The translations under genes were made by a program, and so were the position numbers. The notes under the pieces were generated by a model, which saw nothing but the letters and a program-made list of their open reading frames with translations, searched no databases and was not told where the DNA came from. From Bacillota bacterium (GTDB lineage: Bacteria > Bacillota > Clostridia > Christensenellales > DTU072), in contig JAWXUT010000004.1 in NCBI GenBank assembly GCA_044426075.1, forward strand, positions 1-33,798: 33,798 nucleotides of DNA, written 5' to 3'. Position 1 is the first letter of the stretch. Each line of letters opens with the position of its first letter. This document shows positions 6,940-14,093 of the stretch, in pieces.

Positions 6940-8097
6940 ATGGCAAACCAACCATCTAAAGTTAATAATAAAGTAGCGGCTTCGCCATATTACGCAAATT
7001 ATATGGCAAATAAGGGTAATGCAAACCAAAGTAGCGCCGGAAGACCTATGCAAAGGGTTCCTATGAGCACTCCTTACTATGGTGCAGCACCTATGATGGC
7101 GCCTCAACAAACCGTTAGGCCTGCCGCTAAATCAGCAGCAAAGTCAACCGTTAAACCAATGCCACAATATACAGAAAAGCAAGCTAAAAAAATCGAAAGA
7201 CAAAGAAAAAGACAAAGTTCACACTTCTTTGTAATGCGTAAAGGCGTTTGCTTCTTGATGTTTATTTGTTCATTGTTGGTTGTAGCGATGTTGGCATTGA
7301 GCTTTTTAGAAATTATGCCAAGTTTCACATCAATATACGCTATTCCAGATAACACACCACTTGATGAACGTGTTGCTGCTGATAGTTTAGAAGACGATTT
7401 AGATATCTCTAACGCTGCTAGTGATGAAGTTGCAGAAGATGACGCGCTTACAGAAGATGAGTTGTTGAGCGATGTTTATGTTGACGCTACTGAATACGTA
7501 GGTGTTGCAGATTTAATATACGGACTTGCAAACGGAATGTTTGCGTTAGGTTTGGTTGATGAAGAGGGTGTTAGCCTTTCAATCGCCTACGACGAGACAT
7601 TGGCAAGTATCCAAGCAGTTGCGCTAGAATATCCAGAAGATAGTATGGCTTCAATTGCAGCTATGATGTATGAATATATGCCACTTGCAATCGCAGTGCT
7701 TGCAGTTGTTGCAATTATTAGTTTGATAATGAGCTTTTTCGCTTTGTTTGGCAGACGAATATTTAAGGGATTTGGTTTGATGGGAATTATAATGACATTG
7801 TGTTCGGTTGTAGTTTTCATTGCGGGTCTTGCAACGCTAGGGCTTATGAACGGCAATCCAGTTTTCGCAGAAGACGGTACAATAACAAGTTTACTTGATT
7901 TCAGCCAACTAAGCGGATTCTTAACCAGAATAATATCAAGTGCACCAGCAACCGCACTAGATCCATTAGTAGATATAATGCCAGTTGTGTACTGCGCGGG
8001 TATCGGAATGTTAGCTATATTAGTAGCACCAATATTACAAATCGTGCTATCAATATTTGCAAGGCGCAAATTACCTTACAGTATTTTTGATAAGTAA
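6940..8097 (+). CDS. M-module 4-TM membrane protein (385 aa) with a P/Y/Q/A-rich N-terminal region and an acidic ecto-loop
   Basis: GAGGGAG RBS. The TM1 region FFVMRKGVCFLMFICSLLVVAMLALSFLEIMPSFTSIYA aligns with the 5743 protein. The TM2 region EYMPLAIAVLAVVAIISLIMSFFALFGRRIFK aligns with YALPAAIALTAIIALYIFIKSIFALFSAKRRK. Confidence 0.8.
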   Translation: MANQPSKVNNKVAASPYYANYMANKGNANQSSAGRPMQRVPMSTPYYGAAPMMAPQQTVRPAAKSAAKSTVKPMPQYTEKQAKKIERQRKRQSSHFFVMRKGVCFLMFICSLLVVAMLALSFLEIMPSFTSIYAIPDNTPLDERVAADSLEDDLDISNAASDEVAEDDALTEDELLSDVYVDATEYVGVADLIYGLANGMFALGLVDEEGVSLSIAYDETLASIQAVALEYPEDSMASIAAMMYEYMPLAIAVLAVVAIISLIMSFFALFGRRIFKGFGLMGIIMTLCSVVVFIAGLATLGLMNGNPVFAEDGTITSLLDFSQLSGFLTRIISSAPATALDPLVDIMPVVYCAGIGMLAILVAPILQIVLSIFARRKLPYSIFDK

Positions 8098-8114
8098 ACA
8101 TTAGGAGGGATAAT

Positions 8115-8384
8115 ATGTTTAATAGTAAACGTAAAAAAATAGAGAAACAAATGGCAATTGAAGCCGAAATGCAAGCTCGTATTAATAATGAAGCTGCACT
8201 TGTTGAGGCAAATTCACCTAAACAACCTCGTGCTTCTGTAAGATTAATGCATAACTGTGGTCCAGTGCCAATAGCACCTCCTTCAGATTTCATTCAACTT
8301 ACACCAATTGTACAACCTATCCCACTTGTTCCATATAGCACTCAAAGCCAACCACTTGTGATGTTTGACGAGTTCGAAGATTAA
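8115..8384 (+). CDS. Small S-module protein 3 (89 aa)
   Basis: AGGAGGG RBS; 17 nt after the upstream stop. Sequence: MFNSKRKKIEKQMAIEAEMQAR...SVRLMHNCGPVPIAPPSDFIQLTPIVQPIPLVPYSTQSQPLVMFDEFED. Confidence 0.88.
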   Translation: MFNSKRKKIEKQMAIEAEMQARINNEAALVEANSPKQPRASVRLMHNCGPVPIAPPSDFIQLTPIVQPIPLVPYSTQSQPLVMFDEFED

Positions 8385-8410
8385 TTGATCTTTGGGAGGA
8401 AATAGACATA

Positions 8411-9139
8411 ATGCAAAAAGCACAGTCAATAAATTCCTATATGGCAGACTCAAATAGTGATGTTGTTCAAGTTTCTAAAGGCGGTGGCGTACCAGTTTCA
8501 CCTATTGCGGTTACACAATACGTTACTCCTATTGTTTCTGTTGGTGCAATGGCACCATATCATCTCAAAGGGCAACCCGCTTTAGTTGAGCCAAACTACT
8601 TTGATGAAATGGCAGAAGATGCTGTTTCAACAGAAGAAGTCGTTGCTGTTGAATGTAGTGATAAAATTCGCAAAAGAGGATGTAGTTTTTCTTCTTTACT
8701 TGCAATCATATTGGCAATTGCTACTGTGTTTGCGCTAGTAGCGGGTAAATACATAAATAGCATTGCAGAGTATTGTGCTATTGCTGATGGTTCAATAGGA
8801 TATACTTATATTGAATCATTAATAAACAACATTACCAGCGGTGTTGTATTGAGCGCAGAAAATATTATTCCACTTTGCGTGGCATTAATAGCAGTGTGCA
8901 GCATATTGACAATTATCGCTTGTGTTATTAAATTAGGCTATAAAGGGGTTTGTATATTTGCAAAAATTACCATACTTCTTACGCTAGCAAGTTGTGGCGT
9001 TGCGTTAGGTTACGCAATTGGTACAGGGATTGCTGTTGATATTTGCCTATATGTTATATGTGGTATTACTTTTATACAAAGCGTTGTTGCGTTATGTGTA
9101 AAAAGATATAAAAATTGTAAAAAAGAAATTAAAGCTTAG
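8411..9139 (+). CDS. Fusion protein: degenerate S motif + M-module 4-TM domain (242 aa)
   Basis: GGGAGGA RBS. The N-terminus GGGVPVSPIAVTQYVTPIVSVGAMAPYHLKGQPALVEPNYFDE resembles the S core. It is followed by RKRGCSF-TM1 and three further TM helices, with the basic C-terminus KRYKNCKKEIKA. Confidence 0.8.
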   Translation: MQKAQSINSYMADSNSDVVQVSKGGGVPVSPIAVTQYVTPIVSVGAMAPYHLKGQPALVEPNYFDEMAEDAVSTEEVVAVECSDKIRKRGCSFSSLLAIILAIATVFALVAGKYINSIAEYCAIADGSIGYTYIESLINNITSGVVLSAENIIPLCVALIAVCSILTIIACVIKLGYKGVCIFAKITILLTLASCGVALGYAIGTGIAVDICLYVICGITFIQSVVALCVKRYKNCKKEIKA

Positions 9140-9170
9140 TTTAAACTGAAGAGGGATTAAGGAGAGCCGT

Positions 9171-9560
9171 ATGAATAGAAAAAAATCAAAAAAATGTTGC
9201 CAACCTGCAGTTGCTGAAACTTGTGCTCCAGTACAAGAACAACGCAGACCAGCGGTTGCTGTTGCAACAAATATGCCTTTTGCGCAACAATCACAACAAG
9301 CAGCATATATGCCAAACGCAAGTCAATTTGCAGTTATGGGCAACGCAATGCCTATGGGATTAGCTCAATACAATTCTGTTGATGAGTATGGCCGAGTTTA
9401 TAGTCCAATAATGAGTTATGGCCCACAACCAAACAGCGCACCAGTGCCAGTTGCAATTCCATCACAAATTGTACAATTGACACCAATAGTAGCCCCTGTT
9501 TCATTTGTACCATATGCAACACAAAACCAAGGCTTGTATCAATTTGAAGAAGAGATTTAA
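9171..9560 (+). CDS. Small S-module protein 4 (129 aa), longer Q/M/A/P-rich middle
   Basis: AAGGAGAG RBS. N-terminus: MNRKKSKKCC. C-terminus: APVPVAIPSQIVQLTPIVAPVSFVPYATQNQGLYQFEEEI. Confidence 0.85.
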   Translation: MNRKKSKKCCQPAVAETCAPVQEQRRPAVAVATNMPFAQQSQQAAYMPNASQFAVMGNAMPMGLAQYNSVDEYGRVYSPIMSYGPQPNSAPVPVAIPSQIVQLTPIVAPVSFVPYATQNQGLYQFEEEI

Positions 9561-9577
9561 ACAAAGGGAGAAGTTTA

Positions 9578-10525
9578 ATGGAAAACAATACTAACAACAT
9601 CGGTCTACAATCAAATCAAGGCGCACAGCAATCACAAGGTAAGTGGGTAGCTGTTGATGCCAATACTGTAGGCAATATTCCTACCGATATCGCAGCCAAT
9701 CAACCTTTTCAAGGTGCTGATGGCGCTATGTACTGTATGGGTGAACCACAACAAGCACTTGCTCAAATTAACAGCAATGTTACGCAAAACGCAGTGCCAG
9801 TTCCTTCCTCAATAGTGCAAATGCCACCTATCGTGCAACCTATTGCATTGGTGCCATTTACATCACAAAATCAACCATTATTGCAATATGATCCATATTC
9901 AAGGCCAGTAGAACCTCAAGTTCAACCAGCTCAACCAGAATATAAACTAAATCCTTACAAAGGCAACAGCCTTGCTGCTATGCTTTTAGGAATTGTATCA
10001 TTGGTGCTAGTACTATTCTTGTCAATGGCGAACTTTGCAGAAACAGCTTCTGTTGCAGCATATAGCTCTAACGGATTAGATATGATATTTGCAGTGCTTG
10101 CATATTTCGGTCTTGGTGTTTCAAGTTCATACTACACTGGCAATATTGAACCAAACCTAGATTCAATGTCTTCTGACATAATGAGTGCAATTATTGTTTT
10201 TGCTGTACCAGTTTGCATAATTGTTATAGCGTTAATAACATTAATTCTTGTTATCAAGAACCTAGTTAAATTAGCAAAAGGTGTTTCACCAAAATGCTTC
10301 AGCATAGGTGCACTAGTTAATATAATATTGATTGTTGCTGTACTTGGATTCTTGCTAGGTATGAACAATGCAGCTGAGGGCGAAATGAATATCGCTGGAT
10401 TCTTTAGCAGAAGTTCTAGCATTTACTGGGGAATTGGTCTTGCTGTAGCATTAGTATTAAATATAGTACATATTATAATAGTAGCTCTTCCAAAGAAAAA
10501 CAATTATATTGAAATCAACAAATAA
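9578..10525 (+). CDS. Fusion protein: S motif + M-module 4-TM domain (315 aa)
   Basis: AGGGAGAAG RBS. The N-terminal half contains AVPVPSSIVQMPPIVQPIALVPFTSQNQPLLQYDPY. Then come TM1 (LAAMLLGIVSLVLVLFLSMANF), TM2, the loop KLAKGVSPKC, TM3, TM4 and the C-terminus PKKNNYIEINK. Confidence 0.82.
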   Translation: MENNTNNIGLQSNQGAQQSQGKWVAVDANTVGNIPTDIAANQPFQGADGAMYCMGEPQQALAQINSNVTQNAVPVPSSIVQMPPIVQPIALVPFTSQNQPLLQYDPYSRPVEPQVQPAQPEYKLNPYKGNSLAAMLLGIVSLVLVLFLSMANFAETASVAAYSSNGLDMIFAVLAYFGLGVSSSYYTGNIEPNLDSMSSDIMSAIIVFAVPVCIIVIALITLILVIKNLVKLAKGVSPKCFSIGALVNIILIVAVLGFLLGMNNAAEGEMNIAGFFSRSSSIYWGIGLAVALVLNIVHIIIVALPKKNNYIEINK

Positions 10526-10551
10526 AAAATAACAAATACAGACTAAAAGGG

Positions 10552-10591
10552 TGGTGCGGTTTTGAATTTACAGAACAGCACCATTATTTTT
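10552..10591 (+). terminator. Rho-independent terminator (or attenuator) closing the S/M array
   Basis: 13-bp stem tggtgcggttttg / cagaacagcacca (1 mismatch, 1 G-U pair), 6-nt loop, then ttattttt. Confidence 0.7.
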
Positions 10592-10606
10592 AAAAAGGAG
10601 TTTATA

Positions 10607-10840
10607 ATGATAGAAGAAAAAGTTAAATTAGCAATTGCAGACCAATTGGGAATAGAGGCGTCAGATATCAAGCTAGAAGATGAATTGATTGCAGATTTAA
10701 ATGCAGATTCATTGGATATTGTACAATTATTGATGGAAATTGAAGTGGAATATGGCATCGAATTTGATGATAATTCTGATAGTGTTAAAAACATAAAAAC
10801 AGTACAAGACGTAGTAAATTTCATCAGTTCAAAAAACTAA
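10607..10840 (+). CDS. acpP: Acyl carrier protein (77 aa), not next to fab/pls genes
   Basis: AAGGAG (10595-10600) lies 6 nt before ATG 10607; the track start 10562 is inside the terminator hairpin. DLNADSLDIVQLLMEIEVEYGIEF matches the AcpP phosphopantetheine-attachment region (DSLD). Confidence 0.8.
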   Translation: MIEEKVKLAIADQLGIEASDIKLEDELIADLNADSLDIVQLLMEIEVEYGIEFDDNSDSVKNIKTVQDVVNFISSKN

Positions 10841-10879
10841 TATAAAATTAATAAAAATAGAGTTTTATGTGAAAATTGA

Positions 10880-10908
10880 TTGACAATGCACGGCGCTTAT
10901 GATATATT
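10880..10908 (+). promoter_or_regulatory. Promoter of rpmG-secE-nusG
   Basis: TTGACA(10880-10885), 17 nt, TGaTATATT(10900-10908). Confidence 0.6.
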
Positions 10909-10992
10909 ATATAAGCATCCTTGCATAGGGGTGTAATTTTTTGTGAAAGAATAAACACGAACCATACTGGCTAACGCCAAACGGAGGTATAC

Positions 10993-11160
10993 ATGAGCAG
11001 CGCTAAAAAAGACAAAAAGAAGATTACTCTTGCTTGCACAGAGTGCAAACAACGTAACTATGATAGCACTAAAAACAGCAAAAATGATCCAGAAAGAATG
11101 GAGTTAAACAAATATTGCCGTTTTTGCAAAAAACACACAGCCCATAAAGAAACCAAATAA
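10993..11160 (+). CDS. rpmG: 50S ribosomal protein L33 (55 aa; below the ORF-track length cut-off)
   Basis: Hand translation: [55 protein letters not shown]. It has the C-x2-C...C-x2-C zinc-type L33 pattern, a GGAGG RBS, and the canonical position upstream of secE. Confidence 0.85.
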   Translation: MSSAKKDKKKITLACTECKQRNYDSTKNSKNDPERMELNKYCRFCKKHTAHKETK

Positions 11161-11172
11161 GGGAGATTTATT

Positions 11173-11523
11173 ATGGCAAAAAACAACAAATTGACACTTC
11201 AAGTTAGCGATGCTGACGGAATACAACAAACTCAAGTTGAGAAGAAAGCACAAGATGCTCCTAAAAAGCAAAAACCATCAAAAGGTGGCAAAAAGCAATC
11301 TCAACAAAAGTTAAATTTCTTCCAACGCATAGCTAAATCTTTTAGAGAGATAGTATCTGAGTTAAAGAAAGTTGATTGGCCACCAATGAAAAAGAGCAAA
11401 AACAATCCTGGCGTTTTACCAAACACCAGTACAGTTTTAGTAGTTGTATTGTTCTTTATGGTTTTAATAACAGCTTTTGACGCAGGCTTAGCAGCATTGC
11501 TAAAGCTACTAACTACAGTTTAG
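11173..11523 (+). CDS. secE: Preprotein translocase subunit SecE with a ~55-aa Lys/Gln-rich N-terminal extension
   Basis: FFQRIAKSFREIVSELKKVDWP followed by a single TM helix (VLVVVLFFMVLITAF); located between rpmG and nusG. Confidence 0.8.
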   Translation: MAKNNKLTLQVSDADGIQQTQVEKKAQDAPKKQKPSKGGKKQSQQKLNFFQRIAKSFREIVSELKKVDWPPMKKSKNNPGVLPNTSTVLVVVLFFMVLITAFDAGLAALLKLLTTV

Positions 11524-11537
11524 GATTGGGTGATTGA

Positions 11538-12173
11538 ATGGAAAATAATCAAGAAAATATGATTGATTCTGTTGAAGTTGAAGAAGTTGTTACTGAAAGT
11601 GCAGTAGATGCAGCAGAAAAGCGTGACTATAAGTGGTTTGTTATACATACTTATGCGTCATATGAAACTGTTGTAAAAAAGAATCTTGAACAAATTGTTG
11701 AAAACAGCGATTTGCAAGACTGCATTATTGAAATCAACATCCCAACAGAGCAAGATATTGTTGAAAAAGACGGTAAGAGAAAGGTTATTGAAAGGAAGAA
11801 GTTCCCAGGATATGTATATCTTAAGATGATTAAGACAATACGCAAAAAACCAGAGGACGAAGATACCTTATATGACCACATATGTTATTTGGTAACAAGT
11901 ACAAGAGGTGTTACAGGTTTTGTAGGCCCTCAAGGAAAAGCGCTTCCACTTACAGAAGATGAAGTGCGTCGCATAGGTCTTGAAGAAGTAACTTCAGAAG
12001 ATTTCACAATTAAAGTGGGTGATTCTGTACGTATAGTTTCTGGTGCTTTTGAAAAGTATATGGGAACTGTTGAAGAAGTTCTATTCGACAAAAAGAAAGT
12101 TAAAGTTATGGTTCATATGTTTGGCAGACAAACACCAATTGATCTTGACTTTAACCAAGTAGAAAAATACTAA
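11538..12173 (+). CDS. nusG: Transcription termination/antitermination factor NusG (with an acidic ~30-aa N-terminal extension)
   Basis: YKWFVIHTYASYE (NGN domain), KFPGYVYLKM, and the KOW region VGDSVRIVSGAFEKYMGTVEEV; conserved synteny. Confidence 0.9.
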   Translation: MENNQENMIDSVEVEEVVTESAVDAAEKRDYKWFVIHTYASYETVVKKNLEQIVENSDLQDCIIEINIPTEQDIVEKDGKRKVIERKKFPGYVYLKMIKTIRKKPEDEDTLYDHICYLVTSTRGVTGFVGPQGKALPLTEDEVRRIGLEEVTSEDFTIKVGDSVRIVSGAFEKYMGTVEEVLFDKKKVKVMVHMFGRQTPIDLDFNQVEKY

Positions 12174-12208
12174 AGCGCAAGCTTTTTGTATAAATGGGAG
12201 AACAACAA

Positions 12209-12236
12209 AATCTATTATATGTTGTTCGTTTGAACC
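12209..12236 (+). other. Stem-loop in the nusG-rplK spacer (possible rplKA leader or attenuator element)
   Basis: 8-bp stem gaacaaca / tgttgttc with a 12-nt loop, followed by gttt. Function not established from sequence. Confidence 0.3.
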
Positions 12237-12258
12237 AAGTAGTTGGAGGTAAACGACT

Positions 12259-12684
12259 ATGGCAAAAAAAATAACCGCAGTAGCAAAACTACAATTGCCT
12301 GCAGGCAAAGCAACCCCAGGACCACCTGTTGGTAGCACATTGGGACCACACGGTATCAATATCCCTGGTTTTACAAAAGAATTTAACGCAAAGACAGCAG
12401 CACAAGCTGGACTAATTATTCCAGTTGTTATTACAATTTATGCTGACAGATCTTTCTCATTTATTCTAAAAACTCCACCAGCAGCAGTGTTAATCAAAAA
12501 AGCATTATCACTTCAATCTGGCAGTGACAAACCAAACCGCACAAAGGTTGGCAAAATCACAAGAGCTCAATTAGAAGAAATTGCAACACTAAAAATGCCT
12601 GACCTAAATGCAGCGTCTCTAGAGACAGCTATCAGTATGGTTGCAGGTACAGCACGCTCAATGGGCGTTGAAGTTATAGATTAA
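12259..12684 (+). CDS. rplK: 50S ribosomal protein L11
   Basis: [35 protein letters not shown]...; GGAGG RBS. Confidence 0.95.
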   Translation: MAKKITAVAKLQLPAGKATPGPPVGSTLGPHGINIPGFTKEFNAKTAAQAGLIIPVVITIYADRSFSFILKTPPAAVLIKKALSLQSGSDKPNRTKVGKITRAQLEEIATLKMPDLNAASLETAISMVAGTARSMGVEVID

Positions 12685-12699
12685 TAGGAGGACGGATAC

Positions 12700-13386
12700 A
12701 TGACAAAAGGTAAAAATTATCAAGATTCCTTGAAACTATACGATAGAAGCAAAGCTTACGACAATGCAGAAGCTATCGATTTCGCAGTAAAAACAGCTAA
12801 AGCTAAATTTGACGAGACAATCGAATTGTCAATTAGACTTGGTGTTGACCCAAGACACGCTGACCAACAAGTTAGAGGTGTTGTAGTATTACCACACGGA
12901 ACAGGTAAAACTGTTAAAGTATTGGTTATTGCTAAGGGTACAAAAGCAGACGATGCTAAAGCAGCTGGCGCAGACGTTGTTGGCGCAGAAGATATCGTGG
13001 CTGAAATCCAAAAAGGTTGGTTTGACTTTGATGTTTGCGTAACTACTCCTGATATGATGGGTCTAGTTGGTAGACTTGGTAAAGTTCTTGGACCAAAAGG
13101 TCTAATGCCTAACCCAAAAAGCGGTACAGTTACAATGGATGTTAAAAAAGCTATCAACGATATCAAAGCTGGTAAAGTTGAATACAGAGTTGACAAAACA
13201 GCTATTGTTCACGTTCCAATCGGCAAAAAGTCTTTCGGTACAGAAAAATTGACAGAAAACTTTTCAGCTTTAATGGAAGCAGTTGTAAAAGCTAAACCAG
13301 TTGCAGCAAAAGGTACTTACTTAAAGAGTGTTGTTGTGTCAAGCACAATGGGACCTGGAATTAAAGTTAATTACAAACAAAACTAG
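12700..13386 (+). CDS. rplA: 50S ribosomal protein L1
   Basis: [34 protein letters not shown]; AGGAGG RBS; follows rplK. Confidence 0.95.
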   Translation: MTKGKNYQDSLKLYDRSKAYDNAEAIDFAVKTAKAKFDETIELSIRLGVDPRHADQQVRGVVVLPHGTGKTVKVLVIAKGTKADDAKAAGADVVGAEDIVAEIQKGWFDFDVCVTTPDMMGLVGRLGKVLGPKGLMPNPKSGTVTMDVKKAINDIKAGKVEYRVDKTAIVHVPIGKKSFGTEKLTENFSALMEAVVKAKPVAAKGTYLKSVVVSSTMGPGIKVNYKQN

Positions 13387-13415
13387 TTGACAATACGTTA
13401 AATTAGTGATATAAT
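13387..13415 (+). promoter_or_regulatory. Consensus sigma-70 promoter of rplJ-rplL
   Basis: TTGACA(13387-13392), exactly 17 nt, TATAAT(13410-13415). Confidence 0.75.
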
Positions 13416-13573
13416 ACAATAAATCAATATAATATTCCTTTCCAAGACCGTTTGTCCCGCAAGGGTTAAAGAGTATCCGCAAACATAGAGAGACAAAACC
13501 TAAAGTATAAAACTATACGTGGGCTCCGTTTCTTGTTGGAACGGAGCCTTAATAATTATAGAAGGAGGTAACA
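13416..13573 (+). promoter_or_regulatory. rplJ 5' leader (ribosomal protein L10-leader-type autoregulatory element) with a strong stem-loop
   Basis: ~158-nt untranslated leader between the consensus promoter and rplJ. It has a 9-bp GC-rich hairpin, ggctccgtt / aacggagcc (13522-13548), just upstream of the RBS. Position and architecture fit the Bacillota L10 leader; the covariance model was not run. Confidence 0.55.
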
Positions 13574-14068
13574 ATGTCAACAGCTATTAGAGAACAAAAA
13601 GAAGCTAAAGTTGCTGAGATTACAGCAATGTTATCAGAAGCAAAATCATTTGTCCTTATCGATTATAAAGGACTTACTGTTGCTCAAGACACTGAATTGC
13701 GTGTAGATTTACGCAAAGCAGGTGTTAAGTATCACGTTTTCAAAAACCGTCTTGCTAAATTAGCGCTTAACAATATGGGATACACCCAATTTGATGAGGC
13801 CCTTAACGGCACTACAGCTTTTGCAATGGGTACAGAAGATATCGCAGCACCAGCAAAGATTCCAGCAGATAAAGCAAAAGATTTCAAAAAAATCACAATC
13901 AAATGTGGTATGGTAGATGGATTATTCTTAGACGAGGCAGGCTGCAAAACTCTTGCAACTCTACCAGCAAAAGAAGTACTTATCGCACAAATGCTTGGAA
14001 TGTTACAAGCACCAATTGCATCATTTGCACGCGCAATTGACGCAATCGCACAATCAAAGTCAGTATAA
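13574..14068 (+). CDS. rplJ: 50S ribosomal protein L10
   Basis: KSFVLIDYKGLTVAQDTELRVDLRKAGVKYHVFKNRL; GGAGG RBS. Confidence 0.95.
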   Translation: MSTAIREQKEAKVAEITAMLSEAKSFVLIDYKGLTVAQDTELRVDLRKAGVKYHVFKNRLAKLALNNMGYTQFDEALNGTTAFAMGTEDIAAPAKIPADKAKDFKKITIKCGMVDGLFLDEAGCKTLATLPAKEVLIAQMLGMLQAPIASFARAIDAIAQSKSV

Positions 14069-14093
14069 TACAAATTAAAGGAGAAATTAAAAA

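Noticed and set aside
5847-8069. Minus-strand ORFs 5847..6197, 7104..7355 and 7587..8069 inside M-module genes
   Set aside because: These are antisense to well-supported CDSs with RBSs and paralog conservation. Their Ser/Thr/Ala-rich translations are typical of reverse reading of acidic or hydrophobic coding sequence.
4173-9560. Small S proteins as RiPP/bacteriocin precursors with M proteins as immunity or export factors
   Set aside because: The window has no modifying enzyme (radical SAM, YcaO, LanB/C/M), no peptidase-ABC exporter and no double-glycine or other leader-cleavage motif. The S motif is also found covalently fused to the cytoplasmic N-terminus of M proteins, which does not fit a secreted peptide. 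It is not fully excluded without the whole genome.
2848-10525. Array as a mobile element, prophage remnant or defence island
   Set aside because: There are no integrase, transposase, recombinase, nuclease, ATPase or phage structural signatures. I saw no flanking inverted or direct repeats and no tRNA attachment site. Base composition looks similar to the flanks. It looks like in-situ tandem duplication.
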